From: Cyanophora paradoxa CCMP329
Lineage: Eukaryota > Plantae > Glaucophyta
Reading direction: 5' to 3'
Length of the DNA stretch: 64,000 bases
Assembly: GCA_004431415.1 (NCBI GenBank)
Contig: QPMI01000615.1
Span: 124,001 to 188,000 of the forward strand
Position numbers and translations under genes: made by a program. Under the pieces are notes generated by a model. It did no database searches. It was not told the DNA's origin and worked only from the letters and a program-made list of their open reading frames with translations. Positions 25,039-37,300 of this stretch are shown here, in pieces (position 1 is the stretch's first letter; the number at the start of each line of letters is the position of its first letter).

Positions 25039-25961
25039 TGCACCTCCGCAAAACAGAAGGCAAAGGCGACGCCTGCCCCGTGGCGAACTGAAAGTCTCCG
25101 TATACGTATATCGCCTGCAGCTGCGTATCGGTACCGGTACCCCTTTGCGCGCGTGCGGCGTGCCCTTTTATATGTGCGCGTCCATCATGCATATGATTAT
25201 CGCGGCATGCAAATTGACATATCGATATCGGTCATGAATTTTGAAAATGATATGTATATCTCGATGTCATGAATGAAGCAGAATTCTCGAATTGGATTCG
25301 GATCCGGATTGGAGGGCCGGCCGGGTGCCCGGCGGCCGGGCAAGAACTTCGGAACTTCGGGAAAGGCATGCACATGCGTATGTACAGGCGTTCATGAGCG
25401 CTCAAAGAACGAAGGCGAGTGTTTAAAATGCATATGATCAGCTGCAGACACATTTTTTCATGATCAGAAAGCCCATATCAAGGGCGCCTGTTATATATAT
25501 TAGTTCAGTGACTTCATCGATCGTAGCTATATATATATAGGCACTACCGGTTCGCGTTAATTCGAACTCTGGGTCAGCTCGTAACCAGCTTTTCTCTCTC
25601 CTTTCGGCCCACGGGGCTCACTTTTTTTTACTAACCTTTCCTACTCTGTAGCCACTGGGCCAGGCAGCTCAGTGAAGCAATGCCACGCGCGCGTGCATGC
25701 TACAAACCACCTTTACGCGGGTCCGGATAGACCAGAAAGTATCCGTAGTAACAGAGTTGGCACCCAGCTAGCCCCAAGCCCCACCCTCCTGCCACGCCCT
25801 GTCACAGTGTCCTCTGACGTTCTCACAGGGCGGCCGCCCCGCCCATGCCTGCCCCCTCCCTGGAGCCCCGTAGACCCCCTCTAATAGGATAAAACACCAG
25901 GCGCCCCAGACGCAATAATTATAAGATCTAGACCCGGGGCGCGCCCGTGCGCTTAGCTCGC

Positions 25962-25992
<31 letters not shown>

Positions 25993-26029
25993 CCCCTCCC
26001 CTTATCAGCTGCAGTCATATTTCTATCGC

Positions 26030-26363
26030 AAGTTGGACGAGTTGGACGAAAGTTGGACGAAAGTTGGACGAAAGTTGAACGAAAGTTGGACGAAAGTTGG
26101 ACGAAAGTTGGACGAAAGTTGGACGAAAGTTGGACGTCGTAATCGCAACGTTGACTTAGTAACTCTAATTCCGATCGTAATCGCAACTCTGATTCCGATC
26201 GTAATCGCAACTCTAATTCCGATCGTAATCGCAACTCTGATTCCGATCGTAATCGCAACTCTGATTCCGATCGTATTCGCAACTCTAATTCCGATCGTAA
26301 TCGCAACCCTAATTCCGATCGTAATCGCAACTCTATTTCCGATCGTAATCGCAACTCTAATTC
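26030..26363. repeat. Compound 11-mer/24-mer minisatellite, copy 2
   Basis: Same units as 18745-19078. Confidence 0.95.
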
Positions 26364-26779
26364 TGCTTTTTCTCCAAGTCTCTTCAAAATAGAATTTGCG
26401 ATCGCATTACTCCCGGCAAGTTGAGCCCGAGGCAAGGGCGGTGCACTTGCAATGTCGTGAGGTGCCACAGTGTGATTTAAACCCGAACGGTGCGCACTGG
26501 GCGGCGCGATCTGAAGGAAGAAGAAGGAAGAAGAATGACGGTGACATCACGTTTGGCTTGGAGCTGATCGTAATCGTAATTCTAAATCTGTGCTGGAACG
26601 TGCTGGAACCCGGCCACACCTGGCCTGGACCCTCAGGGGTCGGCGCAAGCCTGCAACAGGTGCAAACGTGACCGCCTCGTTCTCATTGATGCGATGTAGT
26701 ACCTTGACCGTAAATGGAGGAGCACCCAGAGCTCAAAAAAGCGGCGCCATCGAGGTCCTTCCTCGATTCCTGATCACGA

Positions 26780-27607
26780 TCACGGTGGCAACTTGAACTC
26801 TTCCAAGTAGTCTTGCAAGATCTTCCCATGGTCGAAAGACATTCGATCCCTGCAGACACGTTTATGTTGAGCTTCGAGAATGGACCAATTGCAAAGAGGT
26901 TGCAAATCTTGCATTCTGGAGTCAGGGCCAGTTGCTCACCAAGGGATAGAGTCCACTGGGATCGCATGTACTTCCCGTGCGTCATCCTTGGCTTTCATCG
27001 TCCCTCTCGCCTTTCCAACGAACACCAAGGAAACTGTGTGGCGCCTCGGATCCCGCTTTGGATCACTATAAGTCCTCCACTGTCTGAAATCGTACAGATG
27101 CAGATTTGTTTCTTCGTGGGTCTCTCGTTGTGCTGCGTCCTCCATCGACTCGCCGTAATCCTGAAGAATTCAGAGAGAAGTGCGGTAGTTGGTGGCGCGT
27201 GCCCACCACGAAGCCACCCGGCAGCGCCAGGCCGAACGGAGGGTTCAGGCGCTCTCCCAGAACGATCGCGCGCTTGCCGTCCACGGTCATCTCGATGATG
27301 GCATCGACAGCGAGGAAGGGACCTGGGGGACGCGGGAGAGCGCTTCAGTGGCTCGGAGTGGCTCTGAGCATGTTCATCGGACCGGTGTTCACGGCGAGCA
27401 TGCCCGACGGGATCGCCTGCACATGCGCTCATCAGAGATGCATGCGCTCGATACACATGCGCGCCGGCGCCGGTGCGTGCGCACCCTGCAAAAGCTGAGG
27501 GCCAGCCGCGGCGCATACAGGTATCCGACAATCGCGAGTGCCAGTGCCGGCGCCGCGATGAGCCAGGCGCTGCGCGAGGTGCCCGCCGGCCGCGCCTTTC
27601 CCGCCAT
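26780..27607 (-). CDS. Nudix hydrolase copy 2
   Basis: Duplicate of 19496-20322; the 1-bp indel near 27325 lies at an intron 3' end. Confidence 0.8.
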
Positions 27608-27856
27608 GCGCGTGTTAAGCGCTCCAGACCCGATATAAGCTTAGCTGGGTTCTAGCTGGCAACGCTGGCTAACTTAGCCTAACTCAGGCTAACAGCCGCT
27701 AACTGGCTAAAGCGGGTACACGAATCAAAATTCAAATTCTAGCGATACCGATCTACCCAGGTCTCTCACCACACTGTGACCACAGTGTGTGACCACACAC
27801 AAACACGTCGGTACCGCCGGACGAGTCCGTGCTGCGTGGCGATTCAAATTCTGGCG

Positions 27857-30054
27857 ATGCCGTCGGAGGGCAGACCGACGCGCAGATCGCTGCCTGGTGG
27901 GAGGTGCGATCTGTTCGATTCGGACAGCCCACCGGCGCTCCTAACCGGCGACCAGCGGAAGTACGAGGAGGCCGTAGAGTTGTGGGGCGAATGCGAGCGG
28001 AGAGCGACAGCGCTGCACGAGGAGAACAAGCGGTTGCAGGAGGCGGTCGAGAAGCTACAGGGAGACGAGCGCGCCTCGAATCGAGCTCTAAAGAAGAAGC
28101 TGGATGCTAGCGAGGTGCTGTTCCAGCGCCTGCTGGAGAACGTGGAAGACGAGCGTCGCCAGAACCAGGAGCTGAGGGAGTGCGGTGCGGCGAACCGAGC
28201 CTCCGGCCGGTCGCCCCTTGCTCACGGTCGCCCGCAGCCAAGGCTTCAGAGCGGCGCAAGCGGGAGGTGGAGGGAGCGTTCCAGCAGATCCTCGAGGAGG
28301 CGGAGGCGCTGCGGCACTCCAACAACGAGCTTGCAATGTCGTCAGCCGAGGTCCTGAAGGTCCAGACGCCGCGGCCGGACGCGTCGCGAGGGCCGCCCCA
28401 GCGCCGCCGCAGGTGAACGAGGTGCTGCACGAGCGCGTGAGGCTGTTGGAGGGGCATGTACAACTACTCCAGGTCCGCTGCCGGATCGGGACCCGAGTGC
28501 AGCGCGACCCTCAGGCGGGGTGTCGCAGGAGCAGCTGGAACAGCTCCGCGGCGAGAACGCGGAGCTGAAGACCGAGGCGCGGTCCTCCGCGGCTGCCGCG
28601 GCAGCGGCCGCCGCCGCCGCTTCCGCCTCCGCGTACCAGTGTGACTGCCGCTACTCGGTTCCGGCCCCTGCGCCGCCGCCGCCGCAGCCTCCGGTTCGGT
28701 ATGCCTCGGACAGGATCGAGGAGGAGATCAACAGGCGCCTGGGGACGATCCTGGGGAGCCTCGAGCGGCTGCACACCAGCGCTAGCGCCCCGGCGAGCCC
28801 GGCACCGCACCGCGCCCGCCTCTCCCTTTCCCCCGCCCGGCCCCTCTGGTCACCCCAGGCGGCCGCCGCGCGCGCCGTCTCCGCCCCGCCCCGCCGCCCG
28901 CACGAGGAGCTGGAGGAGGTGGCGTATCCCGCCGAGGAGGGGGAGGGCCCAGAAGAGGCCGAGGACATTGACGCCCTCGCGATCGCCGGGGACGTGCGGC
29001 GGGCGCTCCGCCAGGGCACCCGGGACGCCAGCCAGGCAGCCGCCCCGGCCCGGCGCGCCCCGACCCGGCCCCCTCTCGACCTACCCACCCCAAAGCCGTC
29101 CCGGATCGCTGCTGCCGCTTCGGCCGGGAGCCCGGCGGCGGGGCGCCTCGAAGGGGACGGGCGCGGGGAGGGCGCGTCGGTAATTGCAAGCTCCGCGCCC
29201 GTCGGAAGCCCCGGCTCGGAGCAGGCGACCCTGCAGGCCCCGTGTGCGCCCTCCCCGGGCTTCCCTCCCTCGACCCCAGTCCGCACCCTCATCCGGCCCT
29301 CCAAAGCCCCCTCCGACTCCCCAGCGTGCGTACCCCCACCGGCTCCCGCGTACTCCCTCACACCCACCGCCTCACGGTTTCGTGGGCAGCGGTCTGCGCC
29401 TGGAGGCATCGGCGCTGCGGCGCTCGAACCGGGACCTGCGGAAGGCCACCCGGCAGCAGCGAGAAACCCTGGCCGACATGCAGCGACGCCTCTGCGTGCG
29501 CCCCCCCCCCCCTTCCCCCCCCCCGCACGTGCCCCCGTACCCCCTCTCACCCTCCGCTCGATCGCAGGAGGCAGCCGCGTCGCCCGCTGCCTCCGCCTCC
29601 TCCCCCGCCCTTCTCTCCCGTTCCCTCCCCGCGTGCATCTCGACGCCCTCGCCACAGCCCGCGCGCTGGGCCGCCCGGAGCCCGCCCGGAACGATCGCCC
29701 GCTCCCCCCCCGTGCCGCGCGTCCTCGCGAGCAAGTCCGCCTCCAAGCTCGATGGTGCGGCGCCTGCTTTCTGGCGCGGTGGCCGCCCGCCCTGCCCCTG
29801 CTGAGGGCTGCCGGCGCCGTCCAGCAGAGTCTGGCCGCGACATCTCTACAGTCCTTTTCGAGATGGGCATGGAGAACGGCGAGGGCGGGGGAGCCGGTGC
29901 TGCTCCGGATCCCTCCAAGGCACCCGCGGCCGCTGCAGCCGCGAGGAAGAGAGCCGAGTTCTCAAGCCCTCGCACCGCCGGCGCCGGCGCTGGGCGCGCC
30001 GCCGCGAAATCCAGTGCTGGGGCAGCCAAGGGCAGGGCGGGGACGGCCAGGTAG
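27857..30054 (+). CDS. Coiled-coil protein of unknown function with Pro/Ala-rich C-terminal half
   Basis: Spliced heptad-rich exons (RKYEEAVELWGECERRATALHEENKRLQEAVEKL..., EQLEQLRGENAELKTE, LEASALRRSNRDLRKATRQQRETLADMQRRL). Exon 1 has one G fewer than the duplicate at 20581, probably an error. Confidence 0.6.
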
Positions 30055-30199
30055 CCCGTAGCTTCTGCTCTCTTTAAATTTCGTTAATTTGTACGTCTGT
30101 CGAGTCCTGTGGCACAGCTGCAGTGCACGTATACGTACGTATACGCGTGGCTGCGTGGATCGCTGCCGATCGTGTGCAGGGGGGTACCAGTCCTCTGCG

Positions 30200-31400
30200 A
30201 TGGCTGGCCTGTGCTTTCTCGGCGTAGCCGCCCTTCCCGGAGCTCGCAGAAAGCAGGGTACTCCCAGCTCGTCACATACAGCACGGATCGAGCGCTCGCA
30301 CAAGCTTCCGAGTCTGGCTCGCCGGGCCCGCGGCGGCGGCTCGATCAGGTTCGAAGTCGTTGCAGCATCGACAGCAGAGGAGCGACGAGGGCATGAGTGG
30401 TGGCAGGAGGACGGCGGCGTGCGCTTTGCCTGCACGGTGCACATTGATAACACTGGCATACTAGCTGCGGACTACGCGAGCTAGAAGCGGCGGTGCTAAC
30501 TACGAGGCGAGAAGCCGCGGACGACGCGGCAGGGCCCTCTGAAGGGGGGCGTGCACTCCCCCTGGGAGGCGGATGCGGAAGATCCGCCGGCGGCGGCGCC
30601 TCTGCTACGGCCAAGCCAGAGGCGAGGCCGGGTGCCTAGAAGGCTCTAGAGATCCGCGCACGATAGGTTTGCCGTGCGCGCGACCCGCGAGTCGATGCGC
30701 CGGTATCGCTGTCCTAAGCTATCGATGGGGGTTAGCTCTAATACACGCGTACAGATGTGCGGCAAGTGCTGCTCGCTTCCGGGCGTGGTCTGGGTGAACG
30801 ACAGCGAAGTGCAGGCCATGGCAGACCACCTGCATGTTCCCCGTGCGTGCTGTGCTGTAGCGAAAATGCAGCGAAGTCAGCTTACTAGACTTAAGAGCCG
30901 CCGAGTCGGAACTTCGGATTATAATGAAGTTCGGAAGAGCCCCGTGCATGTTCCCACCTGCATGGCAGCTTTGTAGCTGACCCGCTTCGTCCCTGCAGGC
31001 GCCACGTTCGAAGAGCGGTTCACGAAAAACATGGGCAGCGGCTGGTGGGTCCTGAAGAAGAAGCCGGGCTCGCAGGACTGCAGTCTACTCGAGGACAACG
31101 CCTGCACCGTGAACGTGGTCAAGCCCGTCCAGTGCCGGACTTATCCTTATTGGGGGTCCATCATGGAGAATCCAGGCAACTGGATGGTGGAGGGCCGCCA
31201 GTTCTGCGAGGGGATCAATCATGAGGAGGCGCCTCTCGTGCAACCAGACGAGGTTATCAATGTTCCACACAATTCTTGATTGTGGCAAGCCCGCTGGCTG
31301 ACAAACCTCTCAGATTCGGAAGCAGCTGGATGAAGCAGATGAGTATTTCGACACCATCAAGCTCAAGAAGAGCGACTGGACCGACGAGACTCTCAATTAG
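30200..31400 (+). CDS. YkgJ/UPF0153 (CxxCxxCC) cysteine-cluster protein with transit-peptide-like N-terminus
   Basis: GVRFACT|MCGKCCSLPGVVWVNDSEVQAMADHL...DCSLLEDNACTVNVVKPVQCRTYPYW...FCEGIN; N-terminus MAGLCFLG...RFEVVAA. Confidence 0.85.
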
Positions 31401-31839
31401 CTCTGACTACAGTGTACTACATCTAGATATAGCTAATATAAAATGATTGCCTTCCAGTCTTATGCATATGCATGGCATAGGGTCTCGATGATGACTTTCA
31501 AGTTTGGTAAGCGCTCTAGACTGAGCTCATGATCATGATCAAGCTTCCAATTGACGTCGATCAACAAATTACGTATGAGATATATGCATCTGCAGCCCCT
31601 GCCGCCATTCCCCAACCTTCTACCCCCCCACGCCTCCTTCCTCGGCGCTTTCTCCCCCCACGTCGACGTCCACCGCATCCATACCGCGTATGAGGGCGTC
31701 GTCGGCACCGCCGCAGCGAGCAGCAGCAGAATAGATCCGACAGCATAATCGCAAACGTACTCGCAAACGTACTCGCAAACGTTGGCCCGCCAGAGGCTCC
31801 TCGCCAGGCGTAGTGACCCGATCAGGCCTATAGACGACC

Positions 31840-33995
31840 ATGTTCGTCGCCCCAGGAAACGCGCCGCAGCGGTCGCGGGACCGCTGCCCAGCGACATGGC
31901 GCGCGCCGATCGACTCGGGCCACGCACGCGCTGTGGCTGGCCGGCTGCTGGCGGCTCAGTGGCTGGGCGGTAACGCGAGATTAATACGGCCGGGCCGGAT
32001 CGGGCTGCACGCCTCTTCTTCCGCCCCGCCGGCGCGGCGGTTTGAGGTCACCGCGTTCGGCGAGGCGAGCTTTGACGAGCGGGCGCTGAGGCGGTTTCAA
32101 ATCTTCATCCCGAAGCCGCCCGTGGTCGAGGAGCTGGAGGCGGTGGGCGAGCCCGAGGAGGTCCTGCGGCTCGAGGAGGCGCGCGGCGGGCCCTCCGCGC
32201 GCGCCGCCGCCGCCGCCGCCCACGCCGCTGCGGCCGCAGATGTACGAGGAGCAGGAGGAAGCCTTCGAGGACTCTTTCAACGACGGTGAGCGCGCGGAAG
32301 CGGCGGGGCCGCGGCGCCGGTGCCGCCGGGCGGGGCGCCGACGCGGGGCCGGGGGCGCTCGCAGCGGAGGAGATCTCGGAGATGATCCCCATGGAGCTCC
32401 TCCCCGCCGTCCCCAAGTCCGCCTCCGAATTCGCCCTCGCAAACCTCCAGTCCCCGGTCCGCCCGCCCGCCCCGCCGCCCGCCCGCCCGCCCGCCGGCCC
32501 GGGCCGCGCTGGGTGCGGGGGTCGCTGACGGGGGCGGCTGTGGCGCAGTGGTGCTCTCCTTCGTGCTCGGGCTGCTGATCTCCTTCACCAAGAGCAACGC
32601 CCGCATGCCCGACGGCCTCCAGTCCGCCATCAGGCCCGCCCCCGCCCGCCCGCCCCACCCGCCCCGGCCCGCCCCCGGCCCGCCCTCGCCCGGCCGACGC
32701 GGCGCGCAGCACGTACCTGCTGCTCGCTGTCGGCATCAAGGGCGGCATCGCCCTCGCGACCCGCGCCGACGACCTCTCCGCCCTCGCGCGTACCCCTCCC
32801 CCGGCTCCGCCCCCCTCGCCAGCCTCTGAACGGGAGGGCGGGGCAGGCTGTGCCGATGGCGGCGGCGGTGGGCATTGGCGTGGTGAAGGCGCTCTGGTCC
32901 TTCGGCGTCAGCCGCCGCGTCATCGGACTGGACGAGCCCAACGCCTCCTCCATGGTCCCGCACCCCCGCCCGCTCCCCCCCCCCCCCCCCCCCCGCGCTG
33001 AGGGCGCTGCAGGCGACGCACTTCGGCGGGTCGTCGGCGGTGACGTTCTTCCAGGCGCAGGCCTGTGCGCCGGCCCCGCCCCACCCCCCTCCTCCTCCTC
33101 CTCCTCCTCCCCCTCACCTCACGGGGCGGGGCAGACATGGCGCTGAGCGGGGTGCCGACGGAGGGGTACCTGGCGCTGGCGCTGCACATCATCGGGATGC
33201 CGGGCATCATCACGGGCCTCTTCCTCCACGCCGCCCTCTCCGAGGCCGAGGACGGCTCCAAGAAGTGCCCCGAGCCCCTGCCCCGCCGGGGCGGGCCGCA
33301 GGCGATCAGGCCCCCGCAGGAGCGTCGGGGGCGCGGTGGCGGACGTGTTCCGGAGCGGGGCGCTGCTGCTCTCCCTCGGCGGGATCGCCATCGGGGCCCT
33401 CTGGGGCCCCGCCTCCCCCTACTACGCCGCCGTCGAGCCTTTCCTCACCAAGGCCGGCCCCCTGCGCCCCGCTCTTACCCCTCCCTTTCTGCGCTGAGTC
33501 GCGGGGGCAGCCGTTCGACGGGCTCCTCGCGATCTTCCTTCTCAACCTCGGCGTCACCGCCGGCGACCGCTCCCGCGAGTTCTTCGCGGTACCCCCCGCC
33601 CCGCTCTCTCCCCTCGAGGCGTACCCCCCCGACCGGGCCGCAGCTGGGGCCCAAGCTGGTCACCTTCGCGTGCGCGGCCCCGCTCCTCAACGCCGTCCTC
33701 GTGCGTGCCCCCGCGCCCCGCGCCCCTTCGCCGCGCTGAGGCGGGGGCGGAGGGGGTGGTGGTCGCGAAGGAGGTGGGCCTCTCGCTGGGCGGGGCGGCG
33801 ATGTTCGGGGCGCTGGCGGCCGGGGCGTCGTACATCGCGGCGCCGGCGGCGGTGCGGGCGGCGATCCCCGAGGCGAACGCCTCGCTGGGGACGAGCTGCG
33901 CGCTCGCCGTCACCTTCCCCTTCAACGTCATCGTCGGCGTCCCCTTCTGCCTCGCCTTCTCCCAGTGGCTCTACGGCTCCTCCGGCGCCTCCTGA
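31840..33995 (+). CDS. sbtA: SbtA-family (Sbt_1) sodium-dependent bicarbonate transporter, ~11 introns, long N-terminal extension
   Basis: NLQSPVVLSFVLG...ISTYLLLAVGIKGG...ATHFGGSSAVTF...LLLSLGGIAIG...PFDGLLAIFLLNLGVTAG...LAAGASYIAAPAAVRAAIPEANASL...ALAVTFPFNVIVGVP. One acceptor (~32548) appears to be 1 nt out of phase. Confidence 0.85.
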
Positions 33996-34330
33996 CCGCA
34001 CCCCCACCGGCACCTCCCCATCGAATTCCTGCCCTCGCTTCCAATTCATGTTCTTCTTTCGATCTTTCTGCCCCCGCTCCGCTTTCTTTTTGGGGGCCCC
34101 GGGCCGCTTCGGCTCCGGGGCGGGACTCGAGGGCGCCGGCGCGCGCCCAGGCAGCTAGCCGCGTGTAGAGGTAGGGGCCGGCTAGCGCCCGAATTGGATT
34201 GTTCGTGAGTTCTACAGTCGCTAGTGCTAGGGAGGATCGGACCGGACCCCCACTGGCCCACCCGGCCCTGCGCGGCTCCGGAGGGGCCGCTGCCCGTGTG
34301 TGTACATTGATATGACAGCCTGCACTTCAC

Positions 34331-34362
<32 letters not shown>

Positions 34363-34396
34363 GGAGCGGGGCGGTGACGTGCTCGGTGGCGTTCGG

Positions 34397-37300
34397 TCAA
34401 CTCGGGCCCCTGCGGCGGTGGGCGAGGAGGCGCTCGATCTCCTCCCGGGCGCCCGCCTCCGCGCACTCGTTCGCCGCCCTCTCCGCCAGCAGCGCCACCT
34501 GCGAGCAAGGCGCCTCAGCGCTAGCCTGTCAGCCAAAATCTAATACTATGATAAATGCTTCTATGAGACAAACTGAAGGGGGCGGTGCGGGGGCGCGGGC
34601 GGGCCTCGTCGTCGAGGGTGTCGAGGACGGCCTCGATCGCGTCCTGCTCGTCGGGCCCCGCCCCCGGCGCCTCCTCCCGCAGCTTCTCCAGCAGCCGCGG
34701 GCGCAGGGCCGAGGCGGGGCGCAGCAGGAGCATGCGCCCCGTGAGCGCCAGCCGCCGCAGCGCGCCGTACCTGCGCCGCCTCGTTCCTCCGTCCATGAAT
34801 CAAACCTAGAGGACTCGGGACTTGGGGCGCACGCGGGGTCGTGGGGCGCGAGGAGGAAGCGGGCGGCGAGCCACTCGAGGGCCACCGGCGCCCGCCACTG
34901 CAGAACCTGCGCCCACGAACGCGGCGGGGTCGGCATGGCCGGCGGGGAAACGAACGAGGCCGCGGCGCACCGACCCGGGGTCGAGGGCGGAGGGGGCGGA
35001 TCCGGAGTCCGGCGCCGATGGGGCTCTCGCCGGCGCCGTCAGCACCGGGTGCAACCGGGGTATGCGCGGATCGGGATGCCGCAGGCCTAGGGGCTCCAGC
35101 TAGCGCTGGGGGCACGGGCTTGAGGCCGTCGCTGCAGCTGGCCATGGGAGGATCTGGAGCAGAGACCGGAGCTGCAGTGTACGCATGCGCGTGCGCATGG
35201 CTTGAGGCGGCCAACTGCATGACGCTGCCCCGGCCTCCGACGCTGTGCGCGTGCTCGCTCGAGCTCGACGCGGCTGAGACGACAGCGCTGTAGCTAGCGA
35301 ATGGTGCACGAGCGCTGCATGGGCCTTGCCCCGACGCGGACCCTGCGCCTGCACCCTCCACGGGGCGGGGGCCGGGCCATGCCGGCGCCTGCACCGGCCC
35401 TGTGGCACCCGCGATCGTCTTGTGCTTCTTTAATGGGCGCAGTTGCGAGTCGTCCGCTGGAAGCTCGAGCTCTGCAGCAGCTCCGATCTACATATAGCTC
35501 TCTCAATCAGTAGGGAATTCGATGTTTGGGCAGCCTTGCAAAAGAAATTCGAATTCGGTTTTACCCCGAGCTCATCCGCAACGAACTCGACAGTACGCTT
35601 CACTGCCGCCGCATGGTCCTTGCCCCAGGCGGGGTCGTTGTCGCCCACCGGCGGCCGCTGCTCCTCGGGCCCAGCGAAGAGCTTGCGGTACCACCCCTCC
35701 GACGCGTACTCTGGAGGGGACCGGAGCTTGCATTAGAAACTTGAGACCAATACTCACTTCAACTTGGGCATTGAATTTAATTTATCTATATTATTGATAT
35801 TTCTCAGGGGCGCTAGATCCGCGCCAGCTACTTCGAATACCACGTGCACAGGCTCGGTGCCGCAAGCGCACCCTCGATAGGAAAGTGGATCTCCATCCCG
35901 TAGCGGCTCTCGCCATCGGGGCCGAACCACGCCACGCGGCAGCGATCGACAAACCGCAGCGCCTCGTCCACCGACGCGAGCGGTGGAGAGACGACCTGCA
36001 GCGTCGCGATCGAAACTTCACTGTGTGCATATGCATTTGCACGCAGCCGAGTTAAAGCTTTGCACCTTCTCGCTCTCGAGGAAGAAGGCAGCATAGTAGC
36101 CGCCATCGAGCTTGAACACGTCCTCCACGATCATCTGCACGCAGAAGTGACGTCAGCAAGCTTCAAACTCGCTTCGATTCCAATTCATGCTCCGGGATCC
36201 CCGATTGCAAGAAATTTCGGATGTCCACCTGGCCGCGCTTGTGCAGCTCTCGCCAGCGTTTTTTGGTGCACGTGGCCGCTGCGCATGGAATTAACCGTAT
36301 AAAATCAAAACCTTTTTTGGACATTATTCCCTCGTCTCTCGCTTCGTCAAGAGCTTGCTGCAAGCACACTAATTTATAATATTTACACGCACTCTCCTTG
36401 CATTCGCCATCAGTGGACGCCGACTCGTCAACATCGTCGTCGCTGCCGTCGCAATCGTCGGCAGTTGCAGCGCTCGCCTCAGAGGGCTCGGGGAAAGAAG
36501 AGCGCTTCGGTCGACGTCCGTTGTACCGCCGCTTCAGTTTCACATACGGGTATGCATGATCAGTCGATCTGGAACATTAATAAATAGAACAGAGGGCGGG
36601 TGTACCTTCGGGGTGCGGGTGAGGCCGAGCTTCGCAAGGAATTCGCGCACACGTCTGGCGGCCTCGTACTTGTCCGTGCCGTTGGGCACTTTCAGCTTCC
36701 CGCGCTGCAGCTCTTGGAAGAATTGCTCCTTCACGTAGTCTGCTCGGAGAAGTGATCACGACCCGGTGCAATCGCCTGGAGTGCAGTCGACTGCAACGTT
36801 TGTAAGTCGCACCTCTTTTTGGAAACGTCAAGGCGCGTTCCGTCAGCCTCCCCTCGACGCCCTGGGCCTTGTCGAGCCACATGCACACGATTATGAAGCG
36901 ATCGCGATGCCGGGAGGCCTCCTGCTTGAGAAGTTCGAAGGTCATCATCGGCATCCGCAAGAGATCCAGGCGCGAGAGACTCAAAAATGAGACAACCTGG
37001 AGCGTGGAAGATACTCCTGGCACCCCGAACTGCATACCTCGCCATGGAAAGTAGCCTGGAAATCCTTGCGCCTTTCGCCGGAGACCTTTGAAGTCTTGTA
37101 CATCGACTGTCTCGCAGCAGAAAATTAAATTTGCGACTAAGTATACATGCGCATGCATATGCACGTTAACGTTGTCAACATGCAAGTTATATATATGCAT
37201 GCCAGCATCTGGCTTAAATTTATCGATATCGATATATATCATAGATCATGATCATCTTTGATTAATTTACTTTATCATAAATTTTTAAATGATCAGGCCC

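Larger units (their letters stand above)
13797..28369. repeat. Direct tandem segmental duplication, unit ~7288 bp (copy 1 13797-21086, copy 2 21085-28369)
   Basis: The sequence repeats with an offset of 7283-7295. The differences I could see are 1-2 bp homopolymer indels plus one 7-bp insertion. The junction at 21085 reads TCCAGAC-GC-GGCCATG. Confidence 0.97.

Noticed and set aside
31840-33995. Bacterial contamination as the source of sbtA, mfd, ykgJ or uL1
   Set aside because: All carry host-style spliceosomal introns and N-terminal targeting-like extensions, and are interleaved with eukaryotic genes.
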